From assembly GCF_009914755.1 (NCBI RefSeq), contig NC_060925.1: a DNA stretch of 64,000 bases; one strand, written 5' to 3'. Position 1 is the stretch's first letter. Every line of letters starts with the position of its first letter. Positions 45,795 through 59,517 of this stretch are shown piece after piece. Under the pieces are notes generated by a model. It was not told where the DNA came from, did not search any database, and saw only the letters and a list, made by a program, of their open reading frames with translations. The DNA is from the human T2T-CHM13v2.0 reference genome, Homo sapiens. The translations under genes and the position numbers were made by a program.

Positions 45795-46025
45795 AGAGGA
45801 AACATTGAGCATCTATTCTGTACCATCCCTTATTGACATTGCATTTCATTCTCATAATTCTAGGAGATAGACATGCTATCTGTATTTCACAAAAAAAAAA
45901 CGGAAATTCAGAAAGGCCAAGTGAGTTGCCAAATGTTACACAGCTTGTAGGTGTTGTTAGCACAATTCAACACCAACTCTGTTTAGCCTTGAATGCCACA
46001 CATACTCTTTCTAAAATCACCCTGC
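45795..46025 (-). mobile_element. MIR
   Basis: 'acattgagcatctattctgtacca', 'ggaaattcagaaaggccaagtgagttgccaaatgttacacagc'. Confidence 0.65.
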
Positions 46026-47346
46026 TTCCAAAAACGGATAGAAAAAGAAAATGGACCATGAAGAAATCATGAATTCTAGGATATCAATTTTTGTAAAGTA
46101 ATAAAAGTGGCATTTGTTCAAAGTTAAACAAGAGTTCTGTAGAATCATATTAGGCTGGTGCACCAACTTTACCTATGACCACTTTTCCTTAAGAACCACA
46201 GGTAGCAGGATTGTTCAGACTATGCAACTGGCAAACTGAGAAAAGATTTAAGTCAAACTTACTCAGGTATCCAGAAATGGGATTATTTTAATTCTATGGG
46301 AAAGTTCATTTCAAGAATGGTCATGGTCTGAGGAAAAGAGGAAAAATAGAAAGTAGAACATGTATTTATGGTTTATACCTCCTGAGGATATTGTGGTAGA
46401 AAACAATTTAAATGCCTGTAAACTTTGGCAGGTGATACTGACTTTATCTGAAATCTCCTCTATCACCTTTTTCATCTCCTTGAAGAACTCCTATTGATCC
46501 TTAAAAGCTAAGCTCAGACGTTACCTGCTCAATGCTTCAGAGTTAATCAGCCTGTTCCTTATCATCATTTCTGTATTTCTCTCTTATTTTGAGGCTCCTG
46601 TTGGCTCATGTACTACAGCTCTAGCATTCTTCACTGTTGACATAGATGGATTCTACTGACCTCCTACTGCAAGTGATGGTGATGACTAGTGATGTCATCA
46701 CTATCATGGATAGCTCATAATCTCTTCTCTAGAAGTGTTACATCACCCTGTGTCTCTCATGCCCAGAAGGAAAGCCCATTCAGTCTCCAATCTGTGCAAC
46801 ACCTCTCTCTAACCACAGCCCCTGATCCTTTCAGCTTTCTTACTTTTAAACCCATTCTTTCACGTGAATGAGCTGTCCAAGTCATTTGCTTAGACGCTGT
46901 CAATTGCTTAGACCCTGTGTCTTATCTCTCTCACTACTCTTTTGTCAATATTCTTAACTATCATCCAGTTTTTGAGTTCATTGCACCTGCCCAGAAAAGT
47001 CATAACCTTGGATCAATCAAGCTACTCACCTTCTCACTGCCATACTTGAATTGCTGAGTGCCAGGAAAAAAAGGTAACATACCCATGCAGATTATTGACA
47101 GTATGAAGTCATTCTTTTAAACTTTAGCTTGACCATGTAGCTATGCAGCAGTCCTTCTCTGAGACTCAAGTCAGCCCAATCCTATTACTCTACAGTAGCT
47201 CTTACAGATCCTTACCATTTTTTAGAAGCCACCTACCTACCACCCTCTCCATTATTCTTGGATGCCACAGCTCTCACCTACCGCATAGAGGCTTCTTGAC
47301 TGCACCCTGCCCCTTCCCTCATGCCTTTAGAAACACTGCATAGCAG

Positions 47347-48282
47347 TGACCCCTGGGTGAAGCCCCTGTCACCTATGTAAGATCAGGAGGCAAAACCTTC
47401 AACTGATGACTTGGAGGATAAGAAGGAATGAGAATATGTTAAACTCAAAGTCATTGGACAGGATAGCAGCGAGATTCACTTCAAAGTGAAAATGACAACA
47501 CATCTCAAGAAACTCAAAGAATCATACTGTCAAAGGCAGGGAGTTCCAATGAATTCACTCAGATTTGTCTTTGAAGATCAGAGAATTGCTGCTACTCATA
47601 TTATAAAAGAACTGGGAATGGAGTAAGAAGATGTGATTGAAGTTTATCATGAGCAAATGAGGTCATTCAGTAGTTTAGGTATTCTTTTATTTGTTTTTCT
47701 TTTCCCTCAATCATTTTTTTATTTTTAAAATAGTTCTTTTGTAATGTGGTGCTCAAAATGGAATTGAAAACTGGCACTCCATCTCTTTAAAACATCTGGT
47801 AATTTGAATTCTAGTGCTCATTATTCATTATCATTTGCTTTCATTGTGCTGATTTTTGGTGATCAAGCCTCAGTTCCCTTCGTATTGCCCTCTCCTTTTT
47901 AAAAATTACATGTGTGCACAGAGAGACCACCTTTTTTAGGACTATGCATTTTCAGGCTTGTAGCAATAAGTAAGATCGACCAAGGCAAGTGTTTGTAAAG
48001 ACTTCCCAATTGGCCCTAAAGTTCTAGCATGTGATTGCTTCACTCCTGGACTGTGACTTTCACTGGGAGATGTAAGCTTTTCAGAGAACTGAACTGTGGA
48101 AAAATGACCTTTCCTTAACTTGAAGATAGCTTTAAAATTAGAGTCTAGACCAAAAGAAGAGGAATAGCATATTGGAGTCAAGATGACAGATAAGGTGAGA
48201 GTAATGACTAACTCCAAAGATGGCTTCACTGAAAAGAATGCATTTTAAGATCTAAAAAATAAAAATCTTGTCAGAAGATTCC
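47347..48282 (+). pseudogene. SUMO1P: SUMO1 processed pseudogene (former CDS 47375-47678, plus 5'UTR stub and ~600 nt of 3'UTR)
   Basis: Intronless; translates [91 protein letters not shown]; stops at codons 2, 19 and 84; 2-nt deletion at the di-Gly motif. Confidence 0.95.
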
Positions 48283-48284
48283 AT

Positions 48285-48910
48285 CATCCTGAATCATAAA
48301 TCAGACAATGTGACTCTCTTCCTGTCCTCAAGATCCTTCAACATAGCCATTGGAGGAGTATGATTATTTTTTAGTTATTGAAGGATTGTAAGGTAAAATA
48401 AAAGATGAATGGATGAAAATGGCTAGAATTTTAACATTGAATAATAAAATCCAAACTCGTTTGACAGTATACAAAGACATTTTTGAGCTCTTTGTCAACT
48501 TTCCCAATTATATCTCTCCACTTAGTCTTCATATTCTATGCCCCAGCCAGACTGAAATATTTGCAATTCCAAGAAAGTTCCACATGCCATCTTTGCCCCG
48601 TGCTGCTGCTCAGGTGAGTCTCTGTGTCTCCTGCTTAGTTTTTAGTTTTATTTATTAATAACCTTCCAAAAAAAAAAGTCAATTAGTTTTCCCAAAGCTA
48701 CGTGATCCCTCAAGAACCATGTGCATTTTTATATTACTTATCATATGGCATAATATTCTTCTACTCATTTGTCTGTCTCACCAAGTAAATGTTCCTTGTG
48801 AAAATACATCAGGCTTTACATCTTATATCTCTTTCATCTTTGAATCCATCACCAGCACCTAGCATAGTACCTGGTTAAAAGAGACTATCCAAAGAGTTGA
48901 AAAAAGAAAG
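48285..48910 (+). mobile_element. L2 relic downstream of the pseudogene
   Basis: 'cataaatcagacaatgtgactc', 'ccagcacctagcatagtacctgg'. Confidence 0.55.
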
Positions 48911-48933
48911 AACAGGTAGATTATTCAAATATT

Positions 48934-49508
48934 TGTATTTCTGTTTCAGTTATTTATTGTTGTTATAAGCCATCCTAAAATTTAGTGGCTCAAAAGAGCA
49001 ATTTATTATTATCTCTTAAAGTTCTGTTAGGTTAACTGGGTTGAGCTGAGTCGTTCTTGCTCAGAGTCTCCCAAGTAGGTGCTAACAGATGGTGGCTGGG
49101 GTTGGAACCATTTGAAGGCCCAAATGAGTTTTATGGTCAAGATAGCTATACCATATGGCCAGTTATTGATTGGAAGTTCTGCTGAGACTGTCTTCTGAAG
49201 CTTCTATATGTGGTCTTTGGATGTGACTTGAATTTCTCACAGTATGACTGAAGTGTTTCAAGAGCATCCCAAGAGGAATGTTCCATGTGGCTCAGGGGAA
49301 AGGTGCAAGGTTTCTTATGACCTAGGCTTGGGAGTGCTGTAATATCATTTCTGCTTGATTGTATTGGTCAAACAAAAACTGAAGATCAGTCCAGATGTCC
49401 AGATAACAGGGGAGGGAAATTAGACTTCACCTCTTGATTTGGCAATTGTGCATATGTGCAGGGAAACAAGACACTGATGGTGGCCATCTTTGGAAACAAA
49501 CTATCATA
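48934..49508 (-). mobile_element. MaLR LTR (MLT1G/H-like)
   Basis: 'cctaaaatttagtggctcaaaagagcaatttattattatctc', 'tagacttcacctcttgat', 'ggccatctttggaaa'. Confidence 0.75.
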
Positions 49509-51115
49509 ATTTGGAATGACAATTTTAAACAAGACATTAAAATGTGCTACTATCCAAGACCTTTTCCTCCATTTGGCTATTTCACTCTTGAGAAGTATTT
49601 CCACTTATGGGATAAACAGGATTATGTGAAAAGATTATCAATGAAGTACCTATCATTTCATCTATTCTATAAAAAGTTTGAACCTGAAGGTTAAAATAAG
49701 ATTAGGAAATGACTTACGTGTTTCCATTGTCGTTTCACTCTTAGATGGCCCTTATAAACATTTGAGAACTGATGATAATACAAACCAGCCAATCCTCAAT
49801 TTTTCTCCTTTTGACTTTACAATTCTATCATTTTGATCTAAAAGATTAAATTCAGAAAACACATTTCTTTTAGAATATTAATTCCTGTATAACTGGAACT
49901 TTTTCCTTTCTATAGTTTAAAATTACCTTCACTGCTGCCAAAAGGTGAACAAGTATCTATTGACTATGACAACAAAATAATACAGTGCTCTAGTAGTGAC
50001 AGAATTATGTATTTAATGTCATTTATTTTTCATTTGGGAGTGAATTATCTAGTAGCCAGTGAACACTTCTCTGGTATAGAACATAGCTATTTAATTTTAA
50101 GATGAAAAGTAAAGAATCCATCATCCACTGAATGAGAACATATTAACACTTGGCTGTAGGATGGGACTAGATAGAAATGTGTTGCAATTGTAAAGGGAGA
50201 AGAAATAACATTTAAAACAGTCACTCTTTTCTTCTAAAAGAAATGGCCTAATTCAATATCAATTAATCTGTATAGTGCTTACTTTCCTTTATGCCAGAGA
50301 AGCGAAAGAAGAGAAAGAAAATTTCAAAGTTTCTGCAATTCTTCAGTGCCACTGAAATGTGAGATGGGAGTTGGTGGCTCATGCTAAGCAGACACCGAAG
50401 AGTCCATGGACAGGAGAGCACGAAGAAGAAAGATGAAGGTTCTGCCTATCACACGAGGACAGGGATCCCTCTCTTCAGCAAAGTGTCCCACAACTTGGGT
50501 AGCACCTGGTCATCTTTCATGCTTTGTCTCATCCCTTACTTTCCAAAATCCTCTTCAGCTTCTCTCTTCTGTGTTAATAGGGTGGAGACGTGGACAATGT
50601 AGAAAAGGATGTGTATCAAGGGAGGGGGCAAATAATGGGCTGTGTGAAAACCCTCCATCATCTCAAGCTTTCAGCAAAGTCTACCACACAAGCAAATGTC
50701 TTGTGTGAGTGAAGTTCTCAGGGGTAAAGAGACTGTGTTTCACATCTTGGACAATATGGTGCAGAAACAGCATTTGAGGAACAGCATATGCAGCAAGAAA
50801 TGTTAAGGGGCATGTAAATATCATACCAATCACCACTTATTCCCTCCCTCCATCCTCCCTCTCAAAAGTACTTTTGGAAAGATTGGGAGGGATTCAAGGC
50901 TACTACAGCTTACAGGTTAGGGTTGAAATAAATCTCATTTTAATCTCAATAAGCAGGACAACTCAATCTACATGTAGCCTACAGTTTTTATTTAGATCTA
51001 GTTCTCTTAGGCTTTGTATTCCTAGAGGGCAGAGATTTGGGGATAATTTGCCTCTGATTCCCCATGCTTTGCTTACTAAAATGTATATACATGCTAAATG
51101 ATGTTGTAGTTGCTA

Positions 51116-51167
51116 GAAGGAAGGAAGGAAGGAAGGAAGAAGGGAAGGAAGAGGAAGGAAGGAAGGA
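51116..51167. repeat. (GGAA)n interrupted microsatellite
   Basis: Seen directly; 5 consecutive GGAA at 51119-51138. Confidence 0.9.
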
Positions 51168-51959
51168 TTTTATAGATTCTTTAAATAACTAGACAGAGAG
51201 TTTTTACTCCAAAGAGCAATTTTGAGCTCCAAGATACTAATTTATAAAAGATAAAAATAAGCGTGAAAAAAGTTTTCTATAAGTTACCGATGACAAATTT
51301 TAATTTTTAATTATACCAGGGGAAAGAAATGTCAGAGGCTCTTTTTAGTTAGGCAAGTTACCAAAGACATAGGTTATGAATAAATATTAATTGGTCTAGA
51401 GCTAAAATAAATTAGGTTAAGATAATTCTAAAAATGTTTATGTTAACAAAGACTCCAAACTAAAGCCCATCATGTTTATGCAACATTTATGCAAATATTT
51501 ACAGCCTTTTCAATAGATAGTTTACTCCTGTGATATTGGAGTTTGTAAAATAATATTTTGCATGCAAATTATTTTATAGTTGGTTTATATAAACAGATTG
51601 GGGTTGGCTTGGTATAGCACTTGGGCTTATCTGTAGAGCAGCTATTAGAGCTATATACGGTTTTTGCTATCATCCAAGAACGTTACCTTCAATTAGTGAA
51701 CGATATGACCCCAGTGGGATGCCATCTACTCAGGAGCATTGTAAAGCACTTTTAGATTTGACAATGGCCCCATAGAACTCACTCAATAGGATGGGCTGTA
51801 CTTTAAACTCATAAAGCTCAAGGAAGAGAACACAGCTTCCTTGCGTTGAATCAATGGAGACAGCAGGTGCCAAAAGAAATTCAAGACTCAATGTACACAT
51901 GAAATTTTTAATAGCATTACTTTCTATAAGGACAATAATGCTAAAGAATGAGTCAAGGC

Positions 51960-52310
<351 letters not shown>

Positions 52311-53352
52311 TCAAAACTACCCGCTCCAGATTAGTCTCTGTAAAATCACTTTTTTAAAAAGTTTATAACCGATATAGTTAATACCCCTCTTTCTTGAGTG
52401 CCTCAAAATTCTGCTTTTGATTCAGAAGACTTCTATGTCAGAGTTGCTTGTGTTAAGCTGCCCCATTTATTTTTCCTCAGCTATACTATATATTCCATCT
52501 CTTTCTGTGCTCTTAGACCCCAACTATTCTCTATTTCTCTAGATCATACCCAACCTTCAAAGAAGGTCCAGTCTCCCAGTCACCTCCTTATACTTTTCTC
52601 CAACACTGCCACCCTTAAGTGATTATTCCCACCTCCCAGTACCCATAACTGTCTGTGTCATTCATTAGTCATTGGGCAGAAGGCACGTTGTAAAGTAAGA
52701 ATCTCAGCTTAAACCTAGGTGATGATCGCTGCTTTAAGACTCCCTGCCCAACTCCAAGGCTATGTCTACTGAGACCCTGAGAATCTGACTATGGTATGGA
52801 AGCAAGAATCTCAAAGTGCTTGCATCTTTTAGACTATTATTAGGCCTATCCTGTTTTCTTCTGGCACAATGCCAGAAAATAAACTTTCCCTTGCAAACTA
52901 TTCATTCCCCTGCCTAGAGAGAGGCTAAATGAGGGTTTCAGCCATCCATCTTTACTCAACTTTTTTTTTTTTGTCAAACTCATTATTATACATAATCAAA
53001 ACTGAGCTCTTAAAAACCTAGTGTACTTAACATAACTATTATCAATCCTGAATTGTTTTACCCTAACTAGAATCATATAAGAAGTCTCACTGTAGACCAT
53101 AAGGTCCTAGGGCTGGAAAGGAATTTAGAGTTTTATTACTCCAAATCTTTGTTTTATTAAAAGAGAAAATTGAGACCCAGAAAGAATTAAGAATTTACCC
53201 AAAGTTCCAAAGGGGTACAGTAATGGAGCCAGGTCTTAGATTTAGATGTCTTGATTTCAGTTTACTATACTCCTTTTATGCCTTTCTGCCTCTTCTCCTC
53301 TAGGGAATTCCCTAGGTAAATATATACCCCTTCTTCTTAAAAGAGGATTATC

Positions 53353-53691
<339 letters not shown>

Positions 53692-54534
53692 CTATCCCCA
53701 TTTTCTTTGCTCTACCAGAGTTCTTGACAAAGAGCATAAAGGAATCCTGGAGGTGGTGAGATTAATTGAAGGACAGACTTGAGTCAGATAACACTACCTG
53801 CTCCTTCACAGCGTCAAATGGATTAAATGTGATAATGCAAACAGCCTAACACACATAATAGGTTGATATATGATGACTTGCTTTTTCCTGAACTCCAGAA
53901 ATCAATTTCAATAATCAGGTGGGGAAACCAGCAGGGAATCCAATGTCTGGAACAGAAAAATGATGATGGTGGTCAAAATAAAATTTTCTGTTTTAAAATA
54001 AATGCACATGAATAAAAATATGAAAAATTGAAAATTCTAGCTTGGAGACTTATTTATTCTTTTAGGGTACCAGTCTTTTTATTATTACAGTGTAAGTGGA
54101 GAATGTTTCACCATGGACACAGTTGTGTATGCTAAATAGAGATTTTACATTGCTTGAGTTTCCATTCGAGTTTGGTTTTCTGAGCATCATGCCTAAGGGA
54201 ACAGCCTGACAACTACATCATATCATTTGTGAGTTAACTTTTTAAATCTGAGTTTAACAAATGGAAATGAGATTTAGAAGCTAAAAGAATAAAGAGGCAT
54301 AAAAATAGCAAGAAAGCCTTAACTCTGTGGCTCCAGATTATTCTGATGAATCGACTGACAAATTTTTCACTTTTCTAACTTATCCTCTTCTTTACTGTTT
54401 ACTGACAAGAAAATTATTTCTATAGGAGATCTTTAAGATTCTTCATTTGTGTAGTAAGTAGATTACAACAACAAAACTGCAAACTCCTTAGAAGTAAAAG
54501 AAAATGTAGTTTTTCAAACATAGAGAAGTGAAAA

Positions 54535-54975
54535 TAATGATGACTTTGAGCATCTATTTTGTGCTAGGTACACTCAGCTAGGTAATTCTGGATGTGTCAT
54601 TGAGCCTTGCCATAATTTTTCAAGGCAAGTACTATTAATCTATTTCACAGAAGAGAGGCATAGAAATTAGTTGGCTTACCCAAAACACATGGATGATAAA
54701 GAGTGGAGCAGTCAAACCTGCCACTATAGGGCCCTGCCAATTCCTATGCAGCCTTCCTTAAAAGAAGCAATGGAAATATATTTAGCTTTAGAGTCAGGAG
54801 ATGTAGGCTAGAACTCAGGTCTTTATTTATAAATGTTTGGAGCTTAGACAAGATAGATGGTTGTCTGGGCTTTAATTTCTTTATCTATAAAATGAGAATG
54901 CTAGCGCCTACCTCAAAGTGTGTTGTGAGGAATAAATGAATCCCTACAGTCTGTGAAAGTGATTTTTAAGCTGCT
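54535..54975. mobile_element. Two MIR relics in opposite orientation
   Basis: Minus-type 54535-54720 and plus-type 54770-54975 ('tttcttatctataaaatgagaatgctagcgcctacctcaaag'). Confidence 0.55.
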
Positions 54976-55549
54976 GAAAGCAACCAAAGGGAAGGTGTTT
55001 GGTGGTGGCTCTCTCAGTGCCTGCTACAATGATCTGCCACCTCCCACTCACCTTTCAGGATGGCCTTGAGGAGTTTGTGGACAGTGGATGCCAAGGTCAA
55101 CACAAGCAGCAATGTGAGAAGATGAGTTACGAACCTTTTTAGGATCTCTGAAAGGCTCAAGCACTCAATAAAATAGTTCTTAGAAATTTAGTTTTTCAAA
55201 AGCAACTAAAACAGCCTTGCAGAATTACAGAAGCCAGGAGAATATTTTCAAACCTTAGTTAGAAAATGAAGACCCTTGAGTAACTAGGCAGAAACTTTAA
55301 TCGAATATACCCCATTAGATTTTCAGGAACGTATAGAAACTATGTAGCATAAAGGTTTATTTTTTCAGATAAGGAACATGAGATCTGGATACCATACTAA
55401 TCAGTAGCAGAATTGGGACTAGAACCCAGGCCTCCTGGTTCTGAGTCTGTGCTACTATCTACTATATGAATTGCTCCTCTAAATGCATTCAAATGCATAG
55501 GAATGGCATTGACAACAAAGTTAATGACAAAGTATTAACTATTAAGGCC

Positions 55550-55720
55550 CACCAGTATGGACCTGGATGGGTTTGAACTTACCGTCTAACCTTGAGCAAG
55601 TTACTTCACATCTGTGCCTCAGTGCCCTCATCTGTAAAAAGTATTATGATAATGCCAATTTCATGGATTATTATGAAGGTAATGCACAGAAAGTTCTTAA
55701 CACAGTGCCAGTCGTTGCTC
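55550..55720 (+). mobile_element. MIR
   Basis: 'accttgagcaagttacttcacatctgtgcctcagtgccctcatctgtaaaa'. Confidence 0.75.
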
Positions 55721-58213
55721 ATTTCTTAGTTATTGTATAATCATCAATCCTCTGCATGTCATCAAACCAGAATTATGACTACCTGTGCCTCTCCTTTTTA
55801 GGATAACAGCAAACGATCTGGGAGCCTACCAGGAGACAGCCTGGATGTAATTTAGGCAGATCCTGTCTGCTTCTTCCCATATTAAGCAGAGTTTGAAGCA
55901 ATCATAACATGATAGGATGTGCCTTGATATGAGGGGATAAAAGGAGATGTAGCACTCATTCTGAGAATTTGAGCCTGAGTCCCAGTTTTTTCACCTACAA
56001 ATGAGAATACTAATACTCGTTCTTTTTAACTTTGTGATACTCAAAACTGTCAGCTTCCATAAAAATTATAGACTATTCATTGTTATAGAAATTTAAAGCA
56101 AAAAGCAAAAATGCTGGTGGTTTTTCTTCTTGGTTTTATAAGCCACAGCCTCTCAGTGAAGTGGCTTTTTTACTTCCTTCTCACACTCAATATCTGGGGA
56201 TTTAATGTCAGAAGTGGGTTAACATTTTATTAATTACATTTGATCTCATGGCCATGAACTTGGGTATTTGCTCACCTCTAACAAGGAAAATGTGGTCGTT
56301 GCCTTAGAACATGAGATCCTTTCTGAATAAATTGCGAAAGTCTTTTCAACAGCCTACTTGTTCTTTTTACATAGGAGCTTAGCTTTGGAATTACGTGAAA
56401 GCCACGCTAACCAGCTACCTGCTTTGTGTACTGTCCTAACAATTTGGCCTTTGATTTTATGCTTCTTTCAAAAGCATACAAGCAATAGGCAAACATTATT
56501 CATCAAACTGGTTTGATGACATTCTTTTGAATTTAGCTTTTTTTATTCTCCTATGGCACAGTCACATCTATTCTCAAGGCTATGATGACCCACGTGTGCT
56601 GAGGCCTCTGGGCAGAAGTGCCACATTAGAGCTTTCATTGGACAGATCAAGAGCTCCAGAGTTCCTGCTGGCTGCCTAAAGAAAGATATTTAGCATTTTC
56701 TCTGCGATTGCCTCCTTCCCTTGCCACAGTTTTCTCAGAGTTGTCTTAGAGGAAGTATTCATCTATATCTCTGTTAAGAGCTTTGATGCATAAGGACCCC
56801 GCTTGCAGGGGCTGTGAGGCTGCATCTGGCAGATGTGTTGATGTATAACTAGCAAAATGATTTAAGTTCAATCTGATCAATACTGTGGTTAGTATTAGCC
56901 TCACACTCCTCCTGTGCATCCTTCACCAAGCCCACAGTTTCTGCCCAGCCATGGTCCTTGAATCTATACTGCCTGATGTGGACACTTGTGTTAAGAATAG
57001 CTACCCTCAAAGGTACTCGCACTGTCACATTTTGAACTTCTCTGCCCTTTCTTCCTTTCCTCCCTCCCCACTCAATCCCCAACTTCACATACCCAGAAAT
57101 CCTAGAAGCTTCCTCCCAGTAATCTCCTTGGAAGAAGCTGACCAGGCTCAGGGGAAATAAAGTAGTGGAGAAGTCCATATTGGCCTCTTCCTGTGGTTTC
57201 AGCTCTAAAAGGGAAACAAAAGCCCTAGTTGGAGACTGACCAGCTGTTTACCCACTTCACACACATGGTAAATGTTCTCTGCTGATAATTCTTGTTTCCA
57301 TTTGACTAAGTGAGAATCCTTATGTCTAGGGATAAAGTGACTGACTCCAATGGGAGGTCACTTTCAGAAGAAACAGAAATAGATGGATTCCACAGCACTA
57401 ACCAATGCTAATATTGGGTGTGTTAAAAATAAACATGTGTTTTCCCTCAGTGAAATACAACTTCCCCAACCATTTCTTTTTTCCTTTCTCTTTCTCAATA
57501 TTTCATTAATGCAAACTTTTCCTAACTCAAAAGGTATTCCTGCATACAGATTGGTTTCCACTAAGAGAAGTATGTTTTGATAAAATTTACGCAAAGTGAG
57601 CACCATAAACATAGCAGCATAACATCACCTATGGTCATGCTGAGATTGTAACCAGTGAGGTAAATCTGAGCCAAAGACAGCTTTATATCTTTTAGTGGCT
57701 TTATTCCCTTTCAATTCAGTGGCTTGCTGAAATAGCTGTAATAATTAAACAGAGAACTTCTAAGCTATCTAGATTATATAAAGATAGGTGCTAAAAGTCA
57801 CACTAGAGTGGGAAAAGTTTTGTGTGGCAATATGGCTAGGTTACTAAACTGCCTTATACAGAACCTAATGCAATTAGTACTTCTGACCATAGACTTTCCA
57901 CTCCTTTTTAAAACAGTAATACTAGCAAAGAAGCAATAGAAAACAAAGAGATCACAATGGTAAACTCAGAGGTTCAGATATTTGCTCTGTCGCTTACAGT
58001 TTATATGAACTTGGACAGGTAATTGAACATTTCTGTGTTACTTTATTCATCTATAAACATGAATATTAGTAATACTTTTCTCTCAGGCCTGCTTTGAGGA
58101 TATGAGAACACACACATGCATACATACATACATATACATCCATACTTACATACATAAACACACAGATATAGTAGTGCTCAAAAAATGTTGGATGTTGTTA
58201 ACATTTGCTGCTA

Positions 58214-59517
58214 TTAGGTTGGTGCAAACATAATTGTGGTTTTTGCATTGTTGGAATTTGCCATTTGATACTGGAATACATTCTTAAATAAATGTGGTTG
58301 TATTATACATCATTTTAATGCACATTTCTCACTTTATTTTATTTTATTTTATTGTTATTAGTTTTTGCTAATGACATACTACTTGCTGTTTATTTTATAT
58401 TTATTTTAGACTATGGAAATGATGTTAGACCAAAAACAAATTCAAGTGATTTTCTTATTTGAGTTCAAAATTAGTGTAAAGCAGCGGAAACAATTCGCAA
58501 AACAAACGACGCATTTGGCCCAGGAATTGCTAACGAATGTACAGTGGAGTGGTATTCGAGAAGTTTTGCAAAGGAGAGGAGAGCCTTGAGGATACGAAGC
58601 AGAGTGGCCAGCCATCAAAATTTGACAATGACCAGCTGAGAGTATTTATCGAAGCTGATCCTCTTAAAACTACAGGAGAAGTTGCTGAAGAACACAACGC
58701 CGACCATTCTATAGTCATTTGGCATTTGAAGCAAATCGGAAAGGTGAAAAAGCTTGATAAGTGGGTGACTCATGAGCTGAGTGAAAATTAAAAAATCGTC
58801 GTTTTGAAGGGTCGTCTTCTCTTATTCTATGTAACAACAATGAATCATTTCTCAATCAGATTGTGATGTGTGATGAAAAGTGAATTTTATATGACAACTG
58901 GTGACAACCAGCTCAGTGGTTGGATCGAGAGGAAGTTCCAAAGCACTTCCCAAAGCCAAACTTGCACCAAAAAAAAGTCACGGTCACTGTTTGGTGGGCT
59001 GCTGCCAGTCTGATCCGCTACAGCTTTCTGAATCCCAGCAAAACCATTACATCTGAGAAGTATGCTCAGCAAATCGATAAGATGCATCAAAAACTGCAAT
59101 GCCTGCAGCCGGCATTGCTCAACAGAAAAGGGCCAATTCTTCTCTCAACAATGTCTGACCACATGTCACACAACCAATGCTTCAAAAGTTGTACAAATTG
59201 GGCTATGCAGTTTTGCCTCACCTGCCATATTCATCTGACCTCTCGCCAACCAACTACCACTTCTTCAAGCATCTTGACAACTTTTTGCAGCAAAAACACT
59301 TCCACAACCAGCAGGATACAGAAAATGCTTTCCAAGAGTTTGCCGAATCTGGAGGCATGAATTTTTAGGCTACAGGAATAAACAAACTTATTTCTTGTAG
59401 GCAAAAATGTGTTGATTGTAATGGTTCCTATTTTGATTAATAAAGATGTGCTTGAGCCTCATTATAATGATTTAAAATTCATGGTCCAAAACAGTAATTA
59501 CTTTTGCACCAACATTT
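58214..59517 (+). mobile_element. Hsmar1 mariner DNA transposon, near full length, with transposase pseudogene (58413-59440)
   Basis: TA then left TIR ttaggttggtgcaaacataattgtggtt; right TIR aacagtaattacttttgcaccaac; MEMMLD start; WVTHEL (WVPHEL), CDEK*, YSSDLSPTNY (YSPDL) motifs; several frameshifts and stops. Confidence 0.95.

Noticed and set aside
58537-59368. Transposase-like ORFs as a SETMAR-type gene
   Set aside because: Broken by frameshifts and stops; no SET-domain exons in the window
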